From assembly GCF_018977255.1 (NCBI RefSeq), contig NW_024704743.1:34598001-34662000 (forward strand): a stretch of DNA of 64,000 nt, given 5' to 3'. Every line of letters begins with the position of its first letter. Within the stretch, counting starts at the first letter, position 1. Below are positions 37,871 through 51,120 of the stretch, piece by piece. The translations under genes were made by a program, and so were the position numbers. Under the pieces are notes generated by a model. That model had not been told where the DNA came from and ran no database searches. It saw only the letters and a list, made by a program, of their open reading frames with translations. This DNA is from Callorhinchus milii (lineage: Eukaryota).

Positions 37871-39434
37871 GCAAAGAGAAACCAAGAAGTGGATCAAAAA
37901 GCAAAAAGAGAGTGATCGTGACATGGGCTCAAGCTTAGAAGCATGAAAATGAAAGAAAGGTCAACAGTAATGTTATGCAGTAGCTATCTGTTGAACAGAC
38001 AATGTAGGGAAGTGAAGAGATTAATAATTATTTGGTCTCTAAAATCAGTATAAGAAAGAATTGTAGGATTACTTCTCTTTCACTATTGGACTAGCCGAAT
38101 GGATCTCAATGGTCTTTTCCAGTTCTATGTGTTAACATTTCAGAAAAATGTCCTGAAAGTTGTTTTTGGTTAGCTGGGTACACTCCAGCACCACAGTCAA
38201 ACCCACAAGAATCAATAATGCAAGGTAGGAAGTAATCCGTTTAGTAGTAAATTAGTGTAACAATTCTCTTGCATCTGCCAAACCCTGATTTACAAGCATT
38301 GAACCAAGGTCAAGGGCTCTCCATTATTCTGTTAATGTACCCAATATTAAAGATCTCAATCAAATTATCTGCCTCATAATATTAGTACAATTAAAGATTG
38401 TTGACTAAGAATACTAAAGTGTTCTAAATGCACACACTGCTTCAATGCATACAATGCAAATGATGCTGGCCATGCTTGGATGTATAGCAAATAAACAGAG
38501 GAAGCACCAAGGTTTGACACTGATGAAGAACTTCGCTCTGAATTTTGCTTAAATTCATGCCAGCTGACCTAAAGTTTTGTTGTTTCCCCTAAAATAACTC
38601 CAGGCCATACACACATGCTCACTGAAAGATGTTTTAAGTTGCAAGAGTACATTCAGGAAATACACCTTTTATTGTTGCAAGTCATGCTTATCTGCTCCAC
38701 ATGGCTTCTGATTTCCCAGCAGGAGCTGATGACTGATGGAATCGGAGACATTTAAAATGACAGTACAGGAAGAATCACACCATTTTAAACAAGTTTAACT
38801 AAAGATCCAAGTTCTCACTGTACATAAAGATCTCTCAATCCCATCAAAACCTCTCCTTCCCCCAAAATGGCATGAAATATAACTCAATACACTCAGTAAC
38901 CCACAATGAAATCAGATACCATATTCACAGAAAGACATTGAAGTTATAGTCTATTGGGGTTAAGTTGCTGATTCACACTATTTCATAGTTCCAATAACTG
39001 AAAATCCATGACTCCAACTTGAACCAACTACATTCCAAAAATGAGTGGCAGCAGTGTGCCTGCAAGCTGGTATTAGACTTTGATTTTCAACCCCATGATA
39101 TTCAAGAAAACATTCTTACAACAACTTTCAGTCCGAAAGTCAGACCTGCTCAAAGGTCAAACTTTGATATGTCAGACCAGTTTATATGGTGGCCAGTCAC
39201 TGTTTATACCAGCATCCAGAACAAGAAGAGTACAGTCACTGAAAGCACAGCTGTACATGGCTAGAGAAGGTCCATGCATGCGTGCATGGAATGAAAACCC
39301 ACAACACGGAGCTGAATAGATTGCCAAACCAACACTGTAAAGGAATAGAAGCATGAAGGAATAGGTGTTATTTGGATTAGCAGATCACTATGAATGTCAC
39401 ACATTTAACCATCTGCTACAGGTGTGTTACTCAC

Positions 39435-39589
39435 GTGTGGCATAGAGAGTCAGAAATATTCCTGCCAGTGAGAAGCCTTCAAAAAACCTCAGAGTGCTGA
39501 ACATCGTCACATTCACAGACAGAGCCACCATCAGTCCAAAGATTAACATTAACACAATGGAGACTGCCAGCACCAGCTGTCGACCAAAC
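39435..39589 (-). CDS. SLC22A23: SLC22A23 exon 3 (155 nt)
   Basis: ttctcag|G: FGRQLVLAVSIVLMLIFGLMVALSVNVTMFSTLRFFEGFSLAGIFLTLYAT(R); donor C|gtgagt. Confidence 0.95.
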
Positions 39590-40343
39590 CTGAGAAATAA
39601 ACAGTCAGAGTCAGAATGTAGTTTCTCACAGTAACATGAGCCACCCATACACACATACCACCTGATGAGATTCTCACTGGCACAACTAGCTTTCTCACCC
39701 TTTCTTCTGAAGCCAAACAGTTACCAATTAAAACTTCAAACCAGCAATAATTTGGTCATTGCAATATTTTAAAAACAAGTCTCATTTCTCCATTCCTTCC
39801 CTTTCCCCCAAGCTAGATAATTATCAGGACTCCCAGTGCAGATGTACATTATGTAAAACATCCCAGAAGTATCACTGGCAAAGCTGGTGTGCGATGCAAT
39901 CATATTTTTCTAGTCTAGTCCTCCTGACCCAACAGTTTGTCAGTCCAGATATAAAATTAGTTTTCCAATTAGTCCAGGAATGTTGCTGCTACAATTGGCC
40001 ATCAATGCCACGGAGCTAATTGTGGTGGGGAGATACGTGTCTCTCTGCTGAAAAGTCAGAATGGGGAGGGAGAAAGCGAGTATTAGGACTCACTCCACCA
40101 CAACAGTCAAATGTTCTGGCAAAGTTCCCGATTAGGTTCAGACAAGGAAAGTAGTCATGAGCAAGAGCCCAGCCAGCAGGAATGTTGGCACATTCAGGAG
40201 ACAAAAAAACAAAAACAATCATTTTAGTCAAACCAAATTAATTACTTACAAAACAAGAAATCAACTGTTACCCAGCGCTCCCCATCGCCCCGCCCCCCCA
40301 AAACAAAATCACCTGGGGTAAAAAAAAGTAATTCAGAACTTAC

Positions 40344-40447
40344 CAATCAGCTAGGCATCCAGTTACCAAATAGCCAATAATCAGACCAACAAGTAACGAG
40401 AACTTAGCAATGTGGACCATCCAAGAGGAATCACAAACCAGGTTCCA
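40344..40447 (-). CDS. SLC22A23: SLC22A23 exon 2 (104 nt)
   Basis: cag|TGG AAC: WNLVCDSSWMVHIAKFSLLVGLIIGYLVTGCLAD(W); donor TG|gtaagt. Confidence 0.95.
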
Positions 40448-42520
40448 CTGAAGACAAAAAGAGAGAAACATTAACATCCAGCACACCCAGCCCTGGCCAA
40501 CTGACTTAACCATTCTGCTTGGATTTTACCATTCCATTTCTTTCTATTAAAATAAACTCAAAACATCATTGTACTTTTACCCAATAGAAAACCCACACCA
40601 CTGGCATTCTACAGTACAAGTGAATTATTTTCCTGTCTAATAATTGCTCTACAACAGTGTATTAGATTAGGTCCCACCTATGCACTTGCCCCTTTCTTTT
40701 ACACTTTCAAAGCCCATTTTGAGACTCACCCCTTTGATGTCACTTTCAATTTCCTCCCACTCCCCACCCTCATCTTCTCCCACTCCCCACCACAGCTTAT
40801 CTATAATAATAACATTCAATACAGCATCTTATCACATCTTCAAGATGTCTCAAATCACTTCACAGAATATACTGTAAAGTGAATTGACTGTATAATCTGT
40901 GGGCAAAATTTTCCAGCCAGCAGTATAAATTTAGCATATTGAGACATTCTTCTGACATGAAAGACACTATATAAATGTAAATTGTATTGCTCAAGAGACC
41001 TCTATTCAAATTGCTGATTCAATTTCCCTTCCTTTGGAATAATCTGCTGCTTTGAACATAATCGTGACAGGAGTATCGCATATGCATTTCAATGGAGGCA
41101 ACACTATAATTGAGTCATGATTCACAGCAATAATTACTATATGCAATCTAGGCAATACCACATTTAATACTAATATTTTAAGCTTCCCTATTAACTCGGC
41201 ATGTATCCAGCAAGCCGAATACATATTGAGGAAGGTTGCAGATAAATGTGAAGAGGGAAAATAAAACACGGGTTCTTCTGATCACTACTCATCGACTCCC
41301 TATGCTAGAGAGATGTGGCCATACAAGGCTGCTGTGATGCCCTTTTCAAACAAATCCCTAATCAAACAACTCAGTCAAGCTTCACACATGGAAACTGGTC
41401 CTCTTGCCTGTGGATCTGTGTAGCATCTTCGGGAAAAGGAAGGAAAAGTTGGTGGAGAAAAGCAGCAATGTATTGTTCTGGCAATTATATAAAATCAGGT
41501 TACTTTGCCAACAGGTCATACAAGCAGAATACATTAACTGCAAGGATAGCATAGTTATACTTTCATAATCCTCCAGTACAATTATCTGCCTTTGCCAATT
41601 ACCAGCTTTCAGGTCACCCCACGACAAACCTTCTACTCATCTTACTCTAAATTAATAGATAGGACACCCACTTGGAGGAATGAGGTTGTACCCTGTTCCT
41701 CCTTTCTCCAAAGATGGATGGGACAGCAAAAGAAATTGAGTCTCATGGAAATATTTCATGCATATTCATGAAGGAAAGCAATATAACCATAAAATGTGTT
41801 AACATAGGAGATACAAATTGGTATCAAGTATAGCATCAACACAAAATGCTTGAGCACATTTATCTTCTGAATATGATGTACCTAATATATTGTGCTATTT
41901 TCCATCTCATAAACATTAGCAATATCACAAGATTATATCAGATTACAGCTCTGCACAGAACAACCCATTTTCTTTGGCAGGACCCAGGGATGCACATTTA
42001 CAGGGAATTTCTAGATATGCAGAGCCTCTTTGATTTCTCCATGCAATACATTTTTAGATTATTAATATAGTATTTGCCTTTAATACAACGCCTTTCATGT
42101 CAGGACAATTTTAAAGCACTTCAGAGGAATTACTGTAATATGCAATGACTGTATTTTGTACACAAGTACAGCAGTCAATGTGCAAAAAGCCATTAAGTGA
42201 GTGATCAATTTTATTTGGGGATTTTTGGCCAGAACACCAAGAGTAAATCTTCTCTAATAGTGCCATGTGATTTTCAAATTTCAAATTCACCTAATTGAAA
42301 TGAAAAATTTAAATAGCAGCACATGCCTTTGATACTATTACATGGTCAAGCAAGTCATCCTTCCTAACTTTATAAACCACATAAGACAGTCTCTTTCCCC
42401 CCACCCACAAATTCAAGACCTAGTAGCTTTTAGTGTGAAAAGGAACACTGCATGCAGTTCTTAAGCGTATGGTGAAACACTTCACAATGAGACCATTTCC
42501 ACATTTCCCAATCACAGATA

Positions 42521-42953
42521 CAACAGCAACAAGATTCCATTTATAGAGCGCCTTTCACGTCGGGAGGACGTCCCAAGGCGATGTACAGTTGGGTCAGGAC
42601 CCGAGCAAGGGGGAAATGGTCAAGGTGAGGGGAGGGAAGAGAGGGAGCGAGGAGGTGGTAGAGAGTCGAGAGGGGAGCTGAAGGCACGGTCAAAGAGAAA
42701 GGTCTTGAGACCGGTCTTGAAGGAGGAAAGGGAGGAGGGAAGGCGAAGGCACTGGGGGATAGAGTTCCAGAGCCTAGGGGCTGAAGGCCTGGCCACCGAT
42801 GGTAGGGCGGTTGGGGCGGGGGATGTAGAGCAGACCGGAGCCAGAGGAACGGAGGGTACGAGCAGGTAGGTAGGGGGATAGTAGGTCGGAGAGGTAGGAG
42901 GGAGCAAGGCCGTGAATGGCCTTGTAGGTGAGGATGAGGATCTTGAATTCGAT
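42521..42953 (-). mobile_element. Young L2 3' end, same subfamily as 29632-30080
   Basis: IEFKILILTYKAIHGLAPSYLSDLLSPYLPARTLRSS; its reverse complement aligns almost base for base with 29632-30080. Confidence 0.9.
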
Positions 42954-43259
42954 AGCTGACATACTGGAGAAGGCAGAACATTCACTTGCAGCAAACATTA
43001 CTCAGAGCAATACAGCTATATTTAAGGGGACACAAGGACACTTGGTGTACTAGATGTCACAATAAGTAAAGCCAGAGACTTTGAAACAAAGCTTAAGATG
43101 TCATGATATTCATCCACTGGGATACAGGAACCAGATGAGTATAGGCACAGCAAGACTATAGTCAAGTATTGCAGACAGACTGCCCAGTTTATGTTACTCC
43201 AGCAACATAGATTCAGAAAAAAATGGAGCCTTGTACAGCTGACAGTGTTTTGGATTAGG

Positions 43260-44215
43260 ATTGATTCAACTTCAAGATCCTCACCCTTGTATTCAAATCC
43301 CTCCACTCCTCTGCGCCCCTTACCTCTCTGACCTCCTCAAAACAGTACCCGTTGCCTTGGTTTCTCCGGGTCTGGTCTCCTCCTCATCCCGAGTCCTCCA
43401 CTCCACCTTTGGTGACTGTGCCTTCAGCCACTATACCCCGAGACTCTGGAACTCCCTTCATTCGCCTCGCTCCCTCTTCCCATTTTCAGGTCTTTGCTGA
43501 AGACCTTTCTCTTTGACCACGACTTTGGTCACCTTTCCCCCCTCCCTCTGGCTCGGTCCCAGGATCCGTTACTGTAAAGCGCTCTGAGACTCCGTCCAGC
43601 GTGGAGGGTGCTATATAAATCCAAGTTGTTGTGGGATTAGTTGCATTTTGTGAATGTGGGCCTGGGGAGACCAGAAATTGGGGGGGGGGGGTGGAATCAT
43701 GGTGGGCAGCAATAAGTGCATGAATGATGGTTTCAGCTGTATTTGGTGTCAGGTACAGTCAGAGGAGAATGATATCGCAGAGGTGGAGGAAGACAGACCT
43801 GGTCAGGTATTGGAAGTGGGGAAGGAAGGGCAGCTGGGGATGAAACCCAACATCTAGGTTGTGCAAACATTCAGCAAGTTTGAGGAATAGGCCGGAAGAA
43901 AGTTAGAACTGCAGGTAAGAAGACATTAACAGAAGCCAAGGATGGCTTCTATCTTGTCAACATTCAGCTGCAGAAAGCTTGAGCTCATCCAGCCCGAGAT
44001 GCCTGACCTCAGGTAACAATAATAGCATTTGATGCAGCACCTTAACCAGTCTTCCAGATGCCTCAAAGTGCTTCACAGAATACATTGTAAAGCAAATTGA
44101 CTGTATACTTGGTAGGTAAATGAGTAGCAGCTGAAGGAGGAAAAGTAGATTTGATTGTTGTCCACATACATGTGGAAGTTGAACCCATTTTTCTGGATGA
44201 CGTCATCAAGAGGGA
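43260..44215. mobile_element. L2 3' end (+, about 43260-43632) abutting an older L2 RT fragment (-, about 43635-44215) interrupted by a SINE tail
   Basis: AFSHYTPRLWNSL and a stem-loop tail; minus-strand similarity to the RT region of the long L2. Confidence 0.7.
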
Positions 44216-45032
44216 ACTCCATTATAAAATGTGCAACTACTTTGTGAGAAGAGCAAGAAGGTTGACTTGTGGTAAATTGTGCAATAGGGAGTGGTTTAAG
44301 GTTGGGCAGACATTAAAAATCCTATGGTAATACTCAAAATGATAAGGGAGTTTCTCCCAGTGTCCTGGCCTCAAATAATTCCCCAGACAAAAAATGGTCA
44401 CTCACTTCATGGCTGTTAGAGAGACACTTCTGTACACAAATTGGCTGCCTAATTTGCCTACAAAATGCAGGCACTACACTTTAGAGTAAACTCCTGTGAA
44501 GCACTTTAAGACAATCTCCTGATGAAAGGCACAATGCAAATTGAAGGATTCTTTTATACATACCACAATTTAGTACTCAATTACGAATGACGTTTCATAC
44601 TCCTCAAAATTATTTTACTGGGGCTATCAAGAAAGAGAGAAGGATATACACGTACATGTAATAATAAATGACGAATATGTTCATCTCCAGTCAGTATGGA
44701 TTTGTCTTCCTCATGTCCCAGGTGGAAGAAATGAAACAAGATACTTACACAATTCAACCCACTTTTTGAAAAACACAGCGGAACAGTTGATGAATGAGAC
44801 AATTTGTTCCAGGGGAGGATTTGTGTTTTCATTGTGGAAATTCACGATTATTGGGAGGAATCGCATCAGGGCTGTGTGGTGATTATTTTCTTTTAAATGT
44901 CAGCGTCAACAAGCATTTGATGAAATCCACTGACACAGTGGTGCCAAGCAAGGGCAGCTGGTGTCTTACACAAGACGAGCCCAAGGGGGAGACGGAGTGA
45001 AACTCGAGCACTCCTGTATCGAATGCATAAGT

Positions 45033-45336
45033 GGAGTCCTGTAGCTCCGCTTTGCAAGTGAGAGACCCGAGTTCAATTCCAGGCAGGGTGAAACCTTGGG
45101 CAAGTTTCCTTACTCCACATACCTAATAATAATCCCTCTAAAACCAAAAAAAAAAAAAAAATTGCTCATTTTCAATCTACGACTGTTTGTGGGACATTGC
45201 TGTGCGCAATTGGCTGCCGCGTTCGCCCACAAATATACAGTCAATTCACTTTACAGTGTGTTCTGTGAAGCGCTTTGGGACGTCCTCCCGACGTGAAAAG
45301 CGTTATATCAAATGCAAGGATTATTATTATTATTAT
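45033..45336 (+). mobile_element. Young tRNA-derived SINE with a deletion in the A-box region
   Basis: Reads gtagctc|cgctttgcaa, lacking agtggttagagcact; otherwise consensus; possible TSD ataag. Confidence 0.9.
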
Positions 45337-45746
45337 AAGAGAGAATATGGCATTGACTACATTTGCAAGAACAGCATTCCTCTCTGGGAGAAAAACCGTT
45401 TCACTTGGGCATCGACCCTCCTCTGGCAGAGCTTCCAAAGGACACGTCCTCCAACAGTCAGTTAAGTTAGTTAGTTAGTTATCTTAGTGAGAGTCGGATG
45501 AATGAGACAATTCGTTCCAATATCTTTCTTCAAAAGAAATCCACGGCATAAAAATAATAATAATCATCATCATCATCATTGCTCCTGAGCCCCACACACA
45601 CACACACACACACACACGCGCCCGCCTTACTGATGCTGAGCCACTCCTCCTCCACAACAACCACCACCACCACCACCACATGCATTTATGTAGAGCCCCT
45701 CCCGTAGATGGGGGGCGTCCCAGAGACCCCCCCCCCAGACCCTCAC

Positions 45747-46175
45747 CTTGGTGACGATGTTCTGGGTGAGGGCAGCTCTCAGGATATAGTCCCTCTCTGT
45801 GCACTGGCAGCTGCTGTTGTCCTCCGGGTGCTGGTGGCTGGGGCTGGGGGCGGGGGCGGGGGCGGGGGCGAGGACGGCACCGGTGCCGTTGGGCAGTCGG
45901 CCCCCGAGCTGTGCCAGCACCAGCCGCCCCGGCGGCCGCCGGCTGTCGTTCCGGCAGCTGAAGTCGGGCTCGGCGGTGAAGAACGAGTCCGAGCTCTGGC
46001 TGAAGCCGATGAAGATGGCCGGGATCCAGGTCAGGAGGATCAGCCGCTTCTGGTACTGCCCGAAACCCCCCAAGAGAGGCATCACCGTCCCGTCGAAGTC
46101 CCTGAGCCTCGTCGGGGGCGCGTCTCGCCGTCTGGAGCCAACCCCCCCCTCCTGATCACCTCTCTCCACAGCCAT
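45747..46175 (-). CDS. SLC22A23: SLC22A23 coding exon 1 (N-terminus, TM1, large extracellular loop)
   Basis: ATG at 46175; MAVERG...DFDGTVMPLLGGFGQYQKRLILLTWIPAIFIGFSQ...CQC...QNIVTK; donor AAG|gtgagg; phase 0; GC/CpG-rich. Confidence 0.92.
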
Positions 46176-46190
46176 GGGCTTCGCACCACG
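45760..46190. promoter_or_regulatory. CpG island over SLC22A23 exon 1
   Basis: Sharp rise in GC and CpG density against a CpG-poor background; includes a (GGGGGC)n run at about 45841-45870. Confidence 0.75.
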
Positions 46191-46782
46191 AGATTGTTTA
46201 ATATATACCCCTATTCCAATTCAAACGACACAAAAGAAATCCCTCTGCAGATTGATCAAGATTGGGCTTTGCCAATTGACTCCCAGCCCTCTGCAATATT
46301 CACTGGCAAATCATTGCCACTCACAGAGAGAGAGGGGGAGACTTCAGTTGGTGTTCCCCCACTCCCTGTGTGTGTGTGTGGAGAGAGAAGGAGTAAAAGA
46401 GAGCGCACAGGAAAGAGCGCAGCGAAATTTTTTGCAAATGAAACACAAAAGTCGCCTTTGCTTTCGGTCGCGATCTTTCTAACACAGAGAGAAAAAGAAA
46501 GAGGGAGAGGGGGAGAGAGGGGCCGGAATGGTCACCAGCTCAGATAGAAGAAGAAGAAGAAGAAAAAGAAAAAAATACAAGTTCCAGTACTGCGGTGGAA
46601 GAGCTTCTGATCCCCACTAACACTCACTGGCGACTCACTCATTAGATTCGTAACACACACACACATACATGGCCGGGGGGAGAAACCAAAGGGGGAGGAG
46701 GAGAGAAACCGGTTTCGACGTTTTTCCCCGGAAGAGTCAGATCCTCTTGGCTGCCAAGTCCTGCCCTCTTTCTCTGGTTTAT

Positions 46783-46784
<2 letters not shown>

Positions 46785-46815
<31 letters not shown>

Positions 46816-47001
46816 GTGTATGTGTATATTATTGCACAATCAGCTACAGGTACCACATCTGCGATCACCTGGAAACGAGCTGCAACACATCCTCTCTTTT
46901 TCTCTCCAAATCTGGAAGATGAGCTGTACGTACATTGACAATGGGCTGAAATCAGGAAGAGGAGATTTTGTAAATACTATATATATATATATATATATAT
47001 A
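46785..47001. repeat. (TG)n/(TA)n microsatellites upstream of SLC22A23
   Basis: TG/TA run at about 46783-46828 and TA run at about 46978-47001. Other simple repeats: (CA)n about 45594-45617, (GAA)n about 46546-46563, G18 9816-9833, (TTTC)n about 52458-52494. Confidence 0.9.
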
Positions 47002-50000
47002 TTCCTTTCTTCTCTGAATCCCCTTGGAAAACTGCCTTTGACTGTGGACAGACACACGCACACGGTGCATTTGTGCCAACTCGCCCTCCTGCACCTGTCT
47101 GTCTGGATGGAAAGATAGTTACAGCTGCACTACAGACAGATGCCGGTGACGACCTTCCACAAGATATTCTGTGTGTTTTACTCGCTGCAAATAAAATATC
47201 CCCATACGATGCAGACACGATCCAGAGCTTGTCCACTAATTCTCATCCTCCAACCGAAAATACTGTCTGACTTCCTTACAGTCTGTGAGAACTGGAACTT
47301 TAAGAAATCTGCAATCTTTGTAATATAGTACTCTATCGATAGAATTATTTGTTATTGTTGAAAATGAAGGTCTTCGATGTTTTTTTTTAAAAAACGCTTT
47401 ATAAAACTTTGCGTAATTTGTGTGATGATGTGCTGTTAAAGCGGTCTGGGACGGTACCCTGCATGAGGGGCACTATGTAAGTGCAAGTTGTTGCTACAGC
47501 AGAAAGTGCTGATGACCACTGGTAATCACATGTGGGTGATCTGAGCCTCAATCCACAAATGTTTGTGGGACAACAACAACATGCAATTGATTGCCAGTTT
47601 TTGCCCACAAAATATACAGTCAATTCACTTCACCGTATATTCTGTGAAGCACTTTGAGACGTCTCAATGGTGTGATAAGGCTATATCAAATGCAAGAATT
47701 ATTGTTATTAGGTTGACCGCTGCCCAGTGTTAAATCATTTATTCTCTCTCTTTAATGCCAGATTCAGGTGCTGTTAGTTACAATGTAACTGTTTAAGATC
47801 CACCATTCCTAGGGGGAGGAGATTCTACCTTTGGGAATATTGTGATCTGTAATGTTGTGGAAGCCACATCTGTACAAAAAGAATTTCAGGGACCTTTAGT
47901 TACGTAATTAACAACTTTTATTTATATAGCGCTCTTCACGTAGGGTAACGTCTCAGAGAGCTTCATAAGGATGGAGTTGGACTCCAAGCAAGCCAGAGGG
48001 GCGAGGAGGAAGAAGAGATGTAGATGGCAGTGGTGTTAGTGATGCCGACGGCTCTAGGTGCATTTGAACAAGTAGGTTTTCAGGCAAAATTTTAAGACAG
48101 CAAAAGAGATGGAGGGGGAGTGGGGGGAGAGGGAGGGGTAGAGGAGGAGAGATGGAGGAGTATAGGGGTGAGATGGAGGGTCAGAGAGAGGCAGGGATAG
48201 AACGGGGAGACGGAGGGATGGAGGAGGAGAGATGGAGTGGTAGAGGATTTCACTGTGAAGTGTAGTGACTATTTGTAGGTAAATATACGGTAAGTAATAC
48301 CTCAGAGTGCTTTACAAGGATAGGGTTGAATGCCGACGAGGGAGAATGGATTTGTGGGTGAGCAGCTTGAAATCAATCAGCTGGGAGCCAGTGGAGCCTA
48401 GCGAGGGTTGGCGTGATGGTGCAGGTGAGAGAGCAAGTACTGAGATTGGAATAGCCCTGGAATTGTCTGCAGTCCATCCACCAATATCATCATTGAAATT
48501 CTTGATTTTTTTGGTTCTGAATCTACACTGGTGAGAGTTGGGCACACTTTAGAGAAGAGTGGAGATTTCTATTAGTAGAAATAAAAAGGATCCTCCAAAA
48601 GGCTGGTTGGTAAAGTCACCTGGTTGATGCTGTCCTAGATTAGTAGGTTTGAAATCCGACCTGTGCTGTGTTTTCTGCTCTCAGCTGGTGTTGGGGCATT
48701 ACAATGCTCTTAACTCAGTTCCCTTGGGCTATTTCGGCCTCAAGTTTCAAGTTACATTATGAGCAGAGGCAGGCACTGAAGATTGCAACAGCAAAGTTGG
48801 GAATATGGAAGATTATTTTTATCCCATGAGTTCATGGCTCACAGATGACTGAGCTGCGACATGGTTATGAAGAACTCTCTCATCAGTGGGATGATAATAG
48901 TATTTCAGTTACTCACTGAATGTTATTTGTACCATGAGTTTAAAAATAAAACATACACAATGGCTGCTAACACCAGGAATAGAAAAAGCATTCAGTTTTT
49001 ATGTGGCAATTGGGGTGTTTCAAAATAATTTGAAAGATTTTTCTTAAAAACAGCCTCATTGCATCTCATTCAGTTACTCGCATTTCAGAACATATTCTGT
49101 CACAAATAGCAGCTTAGTGATGAGCTTCTGCAATGACTCACTTCACCTACAAATACAGTCACTACACTTTACACTAAAACCTGTCAAGTGTTTTTAGCAA
49201 TTTTGACAACATTTTAACAATCCTTGCACTTGATATACCACTTTTTTAATTAGGTAAATGCATTTTATATAAGTGTCTGTCACACTATGTGTTTACAATC
49301 ATATGTCCTATTATGAACACCTAACAAAAATGTTAGGACTTAGCATGTGATATGTCTAGCGTATCATTGACACTTTACACTTTCTGATCCATATCCTTAT
49401 CCATATTCTTTCCGAACATGTTACCTTTCTGATCATTACCCATTATCCTTCGGGAAAGGGTGCACATGTGAACATTGGGTTGGTGCAGGACCAGATTGAA
49501 TTGTGATGACCTCTGAAGCTCAATAGCCTGCCAGCGCACATTGTTTGGGGCTCATGCATAAAGATTAGAGATTTGGATGAGTTAATGGAGAGCTGGAAGA
49601 CCCCTGTGGCTTTATCTCAGCATAAGTCACTGCCTTCTAGACAGGAGGGAGAATACAGTCAAGCATGCTTCTGTCCTCAGCTGTTGATTTCTATACATAT
49701 TTACATCTAAAAGAGGCCAACGGATAACCATCAGGAACAGGAATCTTAGTTTATTTTTCTCCTTTTTAGCTGACGGGTGCCACAACTAGTTATAATGTCC
49801 TAATTTCTCTCCTGGGTAAATGAGTGCAGAATGAGGATTTGAAATATGAGACCGTTCCAGCCTGTAGGACTGCTTCAAGGGGCAGGTAAACCTGACCAAG
49901 CTGTATTGTATTTGGTGGCTTTGAGCATAAGCAATGGATTACCATCAAAATCCCTCGAATGATGTTGCAGAACTGTATTGCTAACCTCTCATCCTAGCTC

Positions 50001-50209
50001 ACCTTAAATTTCCACGCTCTCACTAAAACGGCCTTAAGTCCCAAAGCAGTGATCAAGGGAAACATTAAAGTATCAATGCCTAAATCCAGCGCATTAGATT
50101 TATCGACCACCTGGTCATTAGGTCTCTGTAATTTACATTACTCAATACATGCAATGTGGCTCAGTAAAATTCTGCAGGCCTAAGCTCCCAGAGTCAGTTA
50201 TAACTTCAT

Positions 50210-50496
50210 TCGCTTTGCAAGCGAGAGACCTGAGTTCAATTCCAGGCAGGGCGAAATCTTGGGCAAGTTTCCTTAATCCACAAGCCTAATAATAATCCCT
50301 CCAAAAACAATAATAAATTGGCCATTTTCAATCCACAACTGTTTGTGGGACATTGCTGTGCGCAATTGGCTGCCGCGTTCGCCCACAAATATACAGTCAA
50401 TTCACTTTACAGTGTGTTCTGTGAATCGCTTTGGGACGTCCTCCCGACGTGAAAAGCGCTATATCAAATGCAAGGATTATTATTATTATTATTATT
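50210..50496 (+). mobile_element. Young tRNA-derived SINE, 5'-truncated
   Basis: Begins at tcgctttgcaagcgagagacc; intact tail. Confidence 0.9.
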
Positions 50497-50569
50497 TAAG
50501 AATTGGGAATTATTTGGAATTTTCTTTTCAAAAGAAAGACTGCCTGGACACAAGTTTATCAGGATGACC

Positions 50570-51120
50570 AAAGATGGTCAAAGATGGTCACTGTTGAGAC
50601 ATCTCGAAGAGCGTCATAGGATATGCTGTAAAGTGGAGTGATTGTGTATTCTATGGGTAAACACAGCAGCCAATTTGTGCACAGCATTGTCCCACCAACA
50701 GTCATGAAACGAATGACTATTTTCCTTTGTGTTATTGTTGACCAGGATGCTGAGAGAAACTCTTTCAAATAGTATGATGGGATTTAACGTCCACCTGGAC
50801 ATACAGATGGGTTTAATGTCCTCAGCTTAACATCTCAACTAAAGGATGGCAACTCCGACAAAGTAACACTCCCCAGCACTGCATTTGTTTGTTTTGCCCA
50901 CAAATATACAGTCAATTTACTTTACACTTTACGGTATATTCTGTGAAGCGCTTTAAGACGTCTAGCAGACATGAAAAGCGCTATATCAAATGCAAGGATT
51001 ATTATTATTGGAGTGCCAGTTTATACAGTATGGGTTCCAAGTCCTGACGTGGGCCTTGAACCTACCATCTTATCTTATGACTCAGAGCCAAGAATGCTAG
51101 CAACTGAGCCAGGCTGACAC
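50570..51120 (-). mobile_element. Deu-domain SINE with a nested + strand SINE tail at 50886-51009
   Basis: Host is continuous across the insert (cagcactgcatt|ggagtg). Confidence 0.78.

Larger units (their letters stand above)
5438..46175 (-). other. SLC22A23: SLC22A23 gene span, start to stop (solute carrier family 22 member 23, MFS orphan transporter)
   Basis: Exons of 429, 104, 155, 169, 128, 106, 242, 124 and 364 nt splice in frame to 1821 nt. SLC22 motifs WNLVC, DWFGR, IEL, PESLRWL, AELTPTVIR and LPES are present. The C-terminus (ELHNQKGYFLHH...RQPLLPPKK...ELKDYSGL) is SLC22A23-like rather than SLC22A17-like. Adjacent to PSMG4. Confidence 0.95.

Noticed and set aside
46300..46314. Short upstream ORF (MICQ*) on the minus strand before the SLC22A23 ATG
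   Set aside because: The transcription start is unknown, so it cannot be shown to lie in the 5' UTR.
45708..46547. 279-aa + strand ORF (and 45799-46155)
   Set aside because: Antisense shadow of GC-rich SLC22A23 exon 1; no recognisable domain.
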